This document shows, one piece after another, positions 47,530 through 54,457 of a stretch of DNA of 64,000 nt (positions are counted from its first letter, which is position 1; each line of letters opens with the position of its first letter). Origin of the DNA: Patescibacteria group bacterium (GTDB lineage: Bacteria > Patescibacteriota > Patescibacteriia > UBA10025 > JAHIVO01). The stretch is from NCBI GenBank assembly GCA_018816445.1, contig JAHIVO010000061.1:305-64304 (forward strand), given 5' to 3'. The translations under genes were made by a program, and so were the position numbers. Under the pieces are notes generated by a model that searched no databases, was not told the origin of the DNA, and was given only the letters and a program-made list of their open reading frames with translations.

Positions 47530-48024
47530 ATGATTAATAAAAAGATTGAATCCGCAATTAATGGCCAAATACAGGCTGAACTGTATTCATCTTATCTGTA
47601 TTTAGCCATGTCAGCCTATTGCCAGTCCCTGAATTTCAAGGGATTTGCGCATTGGTTAAAAATGCAGGCCGAGGAAGAGGTTGAGCATGCTCTGAAGTTT
47701 TATAACTTTCTGCTGGATAGAGGCGGCACAGTAGAACTATTAGCCATTCAAAAGCCACCAGTGTCGTTCGTGACGCCAGCCAAGGCATTTTCCCAGGCTT
47801 ATGGACATGAACAGAAAGTAACTGGTCTGATTAATAAGCTCTATGAATTAGCAAGACAGGAAAAAGACTATGCTTTTGAGCAGTTACTGCACTGGTTTAT
47901 TGACGAGCAGGTGGAAGAGGAAGCGCAAACCCAGGAAATTTCTGAAATATTAGCCAAGCTAGGCGGCAAGGGCAATGGGATATGGATGCTGGACCACCGC
48001 CTGGGCAAACGTAAGGGAGAATAG
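47530..48024 (+). CDS. ftnA: Ferritin
   Basis: ELYSSYLYLAM, EEVEHA, WFIDEQVEEE. Confidence 0.93.
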   Translation: MINKKIESAINGQIQAELYSSYLYLAMSAYCQSLNFKGFAHWLKMQAEEEVEHALKFYNFLLDRGGTVELLAIQKPPVSFVTPAKAFSQAYGHEQKVTGLINKLYELARQEKDYAFEQLLHWFIDEQVEEEAQTQEISEILAKLGGKGNGIWMLDHRLGKRKGE

Positions 48025-48106
48025 TATTCATATGATTTAAAAATATAAGCAGTATGTGCTATAATTAGCAGGTACTGTTTTTATCATTAATAATAAAACA
48101 TAAAGT

Positions 48107-48316
48107 ATGAAAATAAAAATTCTACGAGATAAATGCATTTCTGCCGGCACTTGCGTGGCTATTGCGCCGGATGTTTTTGAATTGGATGACGAGGGTAAGG
48201 TAACCCTAAAAAATGAAAAAGGGGCGGACGAACAAACAATTATTGATGCTGCCAAGTCATGCCCAACCCAGGCCATTGAAATTTATGATGACGAGGATAA
48301 GAGACTATTTCCATAA
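48107..48316 (+). CDS. Single-cluster ferredoxin
   Basis: CISAGTC...APDVF...CPTQAI (3Fe-4S-like spacing). Confidence 0.9.
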   Translation: MKIKILRDKCISAGTCVAIAPDVFELDDEGKVTLKNEKGADEQTIIDAAKSCPTQAIEIYDDEDKRLFP

Positions 48317-48322
48317 AAAATT

Positions 48323-49033
48323 ATGGATAACAAAGAAAATTATAAGTCAGCTTCCACAACAAAATCTAAAAAGAAAAAGAAATGGCCATGGATTGTGGGT
48401 GCAGTTTTGTTAATATTTATTATCCTGATTTTTTATTTCTACTCGCTAGTTGTAAATAACCTGGAAAATTTAAATGCCGGTATTGATGGTGAAGGCACTT
48501 TTACCAGGATTACCACCACTGACGATCCTTATCTTGGCAATCCGGATGCGGATATTGTTATTGTTGAATTTTCTGATTTCCAATGCCCTTACTGTTTCCA
48601 GACATTTCCCATTATGCATGATGTTGTAGATAAGTATGCTGATGAAATTAAATATATTTATAGAGATTTTCCATTATCTGATATTCACCCCCAAGCGCAA
48701 ATGGCTGCTGAAGCCGGAGAATGTGCCCAGGACCAGGGTAAGTTTTGGGCCATGCATGACAAGATGTTTATTAACAGGGATGACCTGTCGTTAGCTTCTT
48801 TAAAAAACTATGCTACAGAGATTGGATTAAATATTGCTGAATTTGTTGTATGTTTAGAAGGAAACAAATATAAGGAAGAGGTGGAAGAGGACTATTTTGA
48901 TGGGCTGATAGCCGGCGTAGATGGCACTCCTACTTTTTATGTAAATGACCATAAATTTGAGGGCGTGCCGACTTATGAGAATTTCCAGGAGCTTATTGAG
49001 GAATTAATTACAATATACGAAGCAGAACAATAA
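48323..49033 (+). CDS. DsbA/BdbD family oxidoreductase
   Basis: EFSDFQCPYC, RDFPL, GTPTF. Confidence 0.92.
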   Translation: MDNKENYKSASTTKSKKKKKWPWIVGAVLLIFIILIFYFYSLVVNNLENLNAGIDGEGTFTRITTTDDPYLGNPDADIVIVEFSDFQCPYCFQTFPIMHDVVDKYADEIKYIYRDFPLSDIHPQAQMAAEAGECAQDQGKFWAMHDKMFINRDDLSLASLKNYATEIGLNIAEFVVCLEGNKYKEEVEEDYFDGLIAGVDGTPTFYVNDHKFEGVPTYENFQELIEELITIYEAEQ

Positions 49034-49112
49034 TTATTTAATCTTGACATAACAATGTGTTTTGTTATGATGTAATATAAGTATTAATTAATAATTAACT
49101 AGGAGTAATAAT

Positions 49113-49871
49113 ATGTCTGAACATGATCAGGAGAATAAAGAAAATGTAGTGTATAAAACTCCCCCAAAAATTGCTTTTATATTAGGCATTTTAGTTGGAG
49201 TTTCCGTAGCTTCGTTAACCGCCTTTGGATTGACCTACTCTCTTCTAAGGGCAGAGACTGGTGATGGGACAACCAATACTAACGCAAAAGTAGCTGGAGT
49301 GGAAGCTAATACGAATACTGCCGTTGTCAATACAGCACCTACAGTACCAACTAAGGTTGATATTGAGGTTAAAGATGGGGAATATGTTAGAGGTGATGCA
49401 AATGCAGCAGTAACTCTGATTCAGTATTCCGATTTTGAGTGCTCATACTGCGGCCGCGTACAACCAACTTTGGATCAATTGTTAGAAGATTATGACGGCC
49501 AAATTAATCTTGTCTACCGCCATTTTCCGTTGAGCTTTCACACTACCGCCCAAAAAGCTGCGGAAGCATCAGAGTGCGCCGGAGAACAGGGTAAATTTTG
49601 GGAGATGCACGATATGATGTTTGCCAACCAAACGGCTCTTAGTGTAGACAACTTAAAGAGTTATGCAAAAGATTTGGGTTTAAGCACATCCCAATTTGAT
49701 AGTTGTCTAGATGATGGAAAATTTGCTCAAAAGGTAGAAGATGATTTTAATGAGGGCGCTGCTTATGGCGTACAAGGCACACCTGCCACTTTTGTAAATG
49801 GTACCATGGTATCTGGTGCACAGCCATATGAGAATTTTCAGTCTGCAGTGGAGAATGCATTAAACGAGTAG
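49113..49871 (+). CDS. DsbA/BdbD family oxidoreductase
   Basis: YSDFECSYC, RHFPL, GTPATF. Confidence 0.92.
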   Translation: MSEHDQENKENVVYKTPPKIAFILGILVGVSVASLTAFGLTYSLLRAETGDGTTNTNAKVAGVEANTNTAVVNTAPTVPTKVDIEVKDGEYVRGDANAAVTLIQYSDFECSYCGRVQPTLDQLLEDYDGQINLVYRHFPLSFHTTAQKAAEASECAGEQGKFWEMHDMMFANQTALSVDNLKSYAKDLGLSTSQFDSCLDDGKFAQKVEDDFNEGAAYGVQGTPATFVNGTMVSGAQPYENFQSAVENALNE

Positions 49872-49899
49872 ATTACATTTCGTGCCAATATAATAGGAG

Positions 49900-50706
49900 A
49901 TGAATATTCTTCATTCAGCTTATCCAAATTATGTTGCTTTTTCACTATTTGGCCTGGATATCCGCTGGTATGGAATAATTCTGGCCTTGGCCATACTTAT
50001 AGGTTTTATACTCATTTTAAAAATAGCCAAAGAAAAGCAGGTTGATACGAACCATTTCTACAACCTGTTTTTCTTATTTGTTTTTTTTGGCTTAGTTGGC
50101 GGCCGGCTTGGTCATGTAATTGCTGAATGGAGTTATTATTGTACTAACCTTTTGCAGATACCTAAAATATGGGAAGGAGGATTAGCAATACATGGGGTTA
50201 TAATTGGCAGTATTATCACGCTATTTTTATACAGCAGATACAAGAAAATATCATTTTGGCTGATATCAGATATAATTATTGTTATCTTACCTCTGATGCA
50301 GGCTATTGGCCGCTGGGGGAATTATTTTAATCAGGAGATATTTGGTACGCCTAGTAATTCAGCCTGGAGCATTCCTATTGCTCAAATCAACAGACCAGCT
50401 GGATTTGAAAGTTATGAGTTTTTTCATCCGTTATTTTTATATGAGTCAGGTTTGATGCTTTTAGTATTTTTAATAATGGTGTTATTATTCAGATCTGAAA
50501 AATTAAAAACAGGGCAGTTAACTCTGGTATATTTTATCTTATTTTCTGTAGTTAGATTTTGTCTTGAATTTCTGCGTATTGAGGCGCCAGTAGTTTGGTG
50601 GTTGAATCTTGGCCAGTGGGTAAGTCTGTTATTTTTTGTAATGCCGCTGATTATTTTGTTACGGAAGTCGGGTCAGATCAGAAAGGGTAAAGTGCCAGTA
50701 CAATAA
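49900..50706 (+). CDS. lgt: Prolipoprotein diacylglyceryl transferase
   Basis: IRWYG, GGRLG, GGLAIHG, GRWGNYFNQE, HPLFLYE, RFCLEFLR. Confidence 0.95.
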   Translation: MNILHSAYPNYVAFSLFGLDIRWYGIILALAILIGFILILKIAKEKQVDTNHFYNLFFLFVFFGLVGGRLGHVIAEWSYYCTNLLQIPKIWEGGLAIHGVIIGSIITLFLYSRYKKISFWLISDIIIVILPLMQAIGRWGNYFNQEIFGTPSNSAWSIPIAQINRPAGFESYEFFHPLFLYESGLMLLVFLIMVLLFRSEKLKTGQLTLVYFILFSVVRFCLEFLRIEAPVVWWLNLGQWVSLLFFVMPLIILLRKSGQIRKGKVPVQ

Positions 50707-51199
50707 ATAATCCTAAATATAAAATTTGAATGGCTACTCCCAAACCACTGGGGGTAATTTTTTTATTGACTAGGCTATCAATATAATTATGAATTTTTCG
50801 GTGGTGGTTGAGTATCCTTTCCAGCTGTGACTTAACCATAGGATAACGAAAAACCCTAAATTGTTCAAAGTATCTTTTATACAGTTCATAGATAACCCAA
50901 AGCACGTCCGGCAGCATGCCGCCGATTATGGCAGCCGCGAATATCGGGGCGGAGGGGAAGGCCATTTTCTGCGATAAAGTGAAAAAGAAAATGGTAATTA
51001 AGATTATGTCAGTAAAGAATACCGTAATGGCGCGTTTGAAATATGATCCACGCTTAATCCATTCGTCTATCGGCTTATCGCCATGAGGCACAAGATCAAG
51101 CAGGTAATGTGATAATAAGGAAATAAAAAAAGCCCACCAGGGACTGGGAGTATGCTGACTTATTACTACACTAGCTAAAACGTGCGTAGTAGCAAACAT
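50678..51199 (-). CDS. Membrane protein, metal-dependent hydrolase-like
   Basis: MFATTH, SHYLLDLVPHGD, LPD, HRKIH. Confidence 0.7.
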   Translation of the reverse strand: MFATTHVLASVVISQHTPSPWWAFFISLLSHYLLDLVPHGDKPIDEWIKRGSYFKRAITVFFTDIILITIFFFTLSQKMAFPSAPIFAAAIIGGMLPDVLWVIYELYKRYFEQFRVFRYPMVKSQLERILNHHRKIHNYIDSLVNKKITPSGLGVAIQILYLGLFIVLALYPF

Positions 51200-51240
51200 A
51201 CATACATTATTGTTAATGATTTTATATTTGTCAACTAAAG

Positions 51241-51257
51241 TAGCAGGGGGGGGATTC
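51241..51257 (-). repeat. Duplicate of the tRNA-Met 3' end
   Basis: TAGCAGGGGGGGGATTC is identical to 51450-51466. Confidence 0.8.
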
Positions 51258-51446
51258 TCGTCCTGGGCAGCGGTAATAGAATCACTTTTCCCGGGGTGCC
51301 ACGGCGGTTCCCGCACCGTGCCACCCGCGTTCGCGGCCTCGACTGAAACTATTCAGTCGCTCTTCTCCGCTCACGCCCCGTTCGAATCCATTTATTTTAA
51401 TATACTCGTGTTGTTTTAATCTGTTTTGGATTTAAAAATTGGCTTA

Positions 51447-51523
51447 TGGTAGCAGGGGGGGGATTCGAACCCCCGGCCTAAGGCTTATGAGTCCTTCGCT
51501 CTAACCAACTGAGCTACCCTGCC
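51447..51523 (-). tRNA. tRNA-Met(CAT), elongator-type (Ile2 not excluded)
   Basis: GGCAGGGTAGCTCAGTTGGTTAGAGCGAAGGACTCATAAGCCTTAGGCCGGGGGTTCGAATCCCCCCCCTGCTACCA. Confidence 0.9.
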
Positions 51524-51592
51524 GCGTCAGAATCGTACTTCGCCTTCCGTTTCCAGTAATGGCTGAAAACTACAGGCTTCGTACGATTCTTC
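51524..51592. repeat. Structured repeat immediately 5' of tRNA-Met, copy 1
   Basis: Matches 52128-52197. Confidence 0.8.
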
Positions 51593-51684
51593 TTTGCCTC
51601 GCTCAAACTACTATTTGAGCTCGGTTTTTATTTTAATAGTTGACTTACCAGCCAAAACTTCCAAGGGAAACGAAGGTTGGTTAT

Positions 51685-51927
51685 TTAAATTAATCTTTTA
51701 TTCATAAAAGCTATACCAGATCCTGACTTTAAATACCTTTCAAAGGTTAATGCTTTCTGTTTGGTAGTAAAAACGCAATAAAAGATTAATTTCCAAGGTT
51801 TATATTTTGCAGAATAAGTAGTACTTTTTGAGTTATGTTTTTTAAGGCGCTGCTGTAGATTAGTGGTATATCCTTTATATATCATTTTTGGATATTTTAT
51901 ACTCCTTAATATATAAACTATATGCAT
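51685..51927 (-). CDS. GIY-YIG nuclease family protein
   Basis: VYILRS..YKGYTTNL..RL..HN, PWKL, FERYLKSGSG. Confidence 0.92.
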   Translation of the reverse strand: MHIVYILRSIKYPKMIYKGYTTNLQQRLKKHNSKSTTYSAKYKPWKLIFYCVFTTKQKALTFERYLKSGSGIAFMNKRLI

Positions 51928-52052
51928 ATTATTTCTTGATGCCCACCTTCGCTAAAGCTTCGGTGGACAACCTTCTCTGAATGGTGAAATACTTAGTTGG
52001 TAATTTATATATGGTTGGCGTGCCAACCGAAGCTTCCGAAGGAAGCGGAGGT

Positions 52053-52127
52053 TGGTTGCCGGGGGGGGATTCGAACCCCCGACCTCGGGATTATGAGCCC
52101 CGCGAGCTGCCACTGCTCTACCCGGCG
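52053..52127 (-). tRNA. Initiator tRNA-fMet(CAT)
   Basis: C1:A72 mismatch, A11-U24, G-rich anticodon stem, encoded CCA. Confidence 0.93.
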
Positions 52128-52197
52128 GCGTTAGGAATCGCACTCCGCCTTCCGTTTCCAGTAGTGGCTGAAAACTGCAGGCTGCGTGCGTTTCCTC
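52128..52197. repeat. Structured repeat immediately 5' of tRNA-fMet, copy 2
   Basis: Matches 51524-51592. Confidence 0.8.
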
Positions 52198-52387
52198 CTT
52201 TCCTCGCAAATATCTCTTAACTTTTAGCTTGGATTTTTTTATTTAGTTAAAATCAAAGTATCTCTAGTATTATAAGTTATTAAAGATAAAATAGCAAGGT
52301 TTAGGTATTTATTGGTGCCGGGAGAGACCCCGTATAATTTCTCACTACGTTCAAAATATACGGGGCAGGGAGTCTCACTAATTCACA

Positions 52388-52569
52388 TGCCGAAGGTGGG
52401 AGTCGAACCCACACGAGGTTGCCCTCATGCGATTTTGAGTCGCACGCGCCCGCCTGCCTCTGCCGAGAGGGAGAGTCGAACTCCCATGAGGTTGCCCCCG
52501 CAGGATTTTGAGTCCTGTGCGTCTACCAGTTCCGCCATCTCGGCAAAGGCAGGCGGGCGCCACTTCGGC
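52388..52569 (-). tRNA. tRNA-Leu(CAA) whose D-loop is replaced by a stem carrying an intact tRNA
   Basis: GCCGAAG/CTTCGGC, GCG/CGC, TGCGA-CTCAAAA-TCGCA, long variable arm, GTGGG-TTCGACT-CCCAC; functionality unknown. Confidence 0.75.
52461..52544 (-). tRNA. tRNA-Leu(CAA), intact, innermost
   Basis: GCCGAGATGGCGGAACTGGTAGACGCACAGGACTCAAAATCCTGCGGGGGCAACCTCATGGGAGTTCGACTCTCCCTCTCGGCA; no encoded CCA. Confidence 0.95.
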
Positions 52570-52745
52570 TTATTAACTATTTCGCTAATTACGTCTACCA
52601 ATGGAGTTTATCCCGTACTTGGAGTGGTAGCGACATAGTACGGGACCATCCCGGCATGTAGTTATTTGAATGAATCAGCCATTAAAATATATTAGGCCCC
52701 TCGCTTGCGCTCGGGGTGAGTTTGTTGAGTTGATCAACAAACTCA

Positions 52746-52774
52746 ATTCTAAATAAAAACGCTGTTTTTGTCAA
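52746..52774 (-). promoter_or_regulatory. Sigma70-type promoter for the tRNA-Leu locus
   Basis: Minus strand TTGACA-17 nt-TAGAAT. Confidence 0.65.
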
Positions 52775-52813
52775 TGAATATTTGCTATAATATACGTATC
52801 AATTTACCAATAT

Positions 52814-53581
52814 ATGCCAAGAATTATTTCAATTGTTAATCAGAAAGGCGGAGTAGGCAAAACCACCACGGCGGTTAACTTAGCCGCTTATTTAGCAAAT
52901 ATGGGTAAGTTTGTGTTACTTGTAGACCTGGATCCGCAGGGCAATGCTTCATCAGGCATTGGCATTGATTACCGTTCAATAGCCAAAGGGATTTATGATC
53001 CCTTAGTATCTGAAACTTCAATAAAAGATATAATAGTTCCGTCCAAAGTTGACGGCTTAAGTGTAGCTCCAGCTACGGCAGATTTAGCCGGAGCCCGGAT
53101 TGACCTGGTTGACCTGGAACTAAGGGAATTCCGGTTGCATAATAATGTACTAGAAGTACGCAATGATTATGAATATATAATTATTGATTGTCCTCCTTCA
53201 TTGTGTTTATTAACAGTTAATGGTTTAGTAGCTTCTGAAGAGGTTCTAATACCAGTACAAACTGAATATTACGCCATGGAAGGGCTTAGCCAGCTGATGA
53301 ATACGATAAGTTTAGTCAAAGACAGCCTCAAACCCGAATTGAAAATTTTAGGCGCTTTAATGACGATGTATGACACTAAGAGTAAATTATCAGGCGATGT
53401 CTTCAATGAATTATATAAATTTTTTCCTGATAAAATTTTCAGAACGGTAATTCCCCGTAATGTCAAGCTGGCAGAAGCACCCAGTTTTGGTAAGAGTATT
53501 CTGCATTATGATAAGCATTCGTCAGGCAGTAGGGCTTATAAACGATTGGCTCAGGAAGTTGTGGCTCAAGAAAATTCTTAA
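52814..53581 (+). CDS. parA: Chromosome partitioning ATPase ParA/Soj
   Basis: NQKGGVGKTTT, DLDPQGN, IDCPPSL, EAPSFG. Confidence 0.96.
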   Translation: MPRIISIVNQKGGVGKTTTAVNLAAYLANMGKFVLLVDLDPQGNASSGIGIDYRSIAKGIYDPLVSETSIKDIIVPSKVDGLSVAPATADLAGARIDLVDLELREFRLHNNVLEVRNDYEYIIIDCPPSLCLLTVNGLVASEEVLIPVQTEYYAMEGLSQLMNTISLVKDSLKPELKILGALMTMYDTKSKLSGDVFNELYKFFPDKIFRTVIPRNVKLAEAPSFGKSILHYDKHSSGSRAYKRLAQEVVAQENS

Positions 53582-53591
53582 TATAAAAATA

Positions 53592-54455
53592 ATGCCAACA
53601 AGTACATTAGGTAGGGGATTGGAATCGTTAATCCCGCAAAAACAAATAAGGGGTAATGTGGGTTCGGTTCCTGATGCATCAGCCAAGGATCAGATCAAAG
53701 AGATTGAGGTAGGTTTAATACAGCCCAATCCTCACCAGCCAAGAGAGGACTTTGACAGGGCATCCCTGGAAGATCTTATTAATTCCATTAAGGAGCACGG
53801 CATAATTCAGCCTTTGGTGGCCCAAAAGCATGAGGATGGGTACCAGCTGATAGCTGGGGAGCGCAGACTGAGGGCGGCTAAGGTTTTGAAAATGAAAAAA
53901 GTGCCGGTAGTAATCAGAAGCGCCACCGAGCAGCAAAAACTGGAATTAGCTCTGGTTGAAAATGTCCAGCGTCAGAATTTAAATGCTATTGAAAGGGCTT
54001 ATGGTTATCTGCAGTTAGTTGATGAGTTTAATATTACCCAGGAAGAAGTAGCAAAAAAAGTCGGCCAAAGCCGGGCAGCTGTGACTAATACCATTCGCTT
54101 GCTAACTTTGCCTATTGACATCCAGACTGCCATTAAGAGCAAAAAGATTACAGAAGGCCATGCCAAGGTACTGCTGGGTGTTAAATCCCAGGAAGAGCAG
54201 AACAAAATATTTAAGGATATTTTAAGAGACAATTTAAGCGTTCGCTCAGTTGAGTCAGCAGTAAAAAAAGTAGTTGTCAGAAAACATACTCGTAGCAGGA
54301 GTAAAGATCCTAATTTAGAAGCCAAAGAGCAGCAGCTGCAGGAAGCTTTGGGCACTAAAGTGGAGATAAGCAAAACAGGGCAGCAAGGGACTGTTAAAAT
54401 TCATTTTTATTCAGGGGAAGAATTATACGAAATTATTAAAAAAATAAGCAGATAA
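53592..54455 (+). CDS. parB: Chromosome partitioning protein ParB/Spo0J
   Basis: LGRGLESLI, NPHQPR, AGERRLRA, ENVQRQNL. Confidence 0.96.
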   Translation: MPTSTLGRGLESLIPQKQIRGNVGSVPDASAKDQIKEIEVGLIQPNPHQPREDFDRASLEDLINSIKEHGIIQPLVAQKHEDGYQLIAGERRLRAAKVLKMKKVPVVIRSATEQQKLELALVENVQRQNLNAIERAYGYLQLVDEFNITQEEVAKKVGQSRAAVTNTIRLLTLPIDIQTAIKSKKITEGHAKVLLGVKSQEEQNKIFKDILRDNLSVRSVESAVKKVVVRKHTRSRSKDPNLEAKEQQLQEALGTKVEISKTGQQGTVKIHFYSGEELYEIIKKISR

Positions 54456-54457
54456 AT

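Larger units (their letters stand above)
52313..52655 (-). pseudogene. Outer tRNA-Leu-like shell with CCA, hairpin-interrupted, enclosing two tRNAs
   Basis: GCCGGGA-TG-GT..ATTGGTAGAC at the 5' side and TCCCGGC-A-CCA at the 3' side; hairpins at 52611-52645 and 52328-52365. Confidence 0.7.

Noticed and set aside
51210-52638. ORFs 51210-51419, 51952-52209, 51981-52220, 52312-52638, 52378-52563 and the 5' extension of 50678-51316
   Set aside because: They run through tRNA genes and GC-rich hairpins; spurious
52656-52745. Leu-rich leader peptide before the tRNA-Leu locus, analogous to the Asn leader
   Set aside because: Only two hairpins and no convincing ATG-initiated Leu-rich ORF or T-tailed terminator
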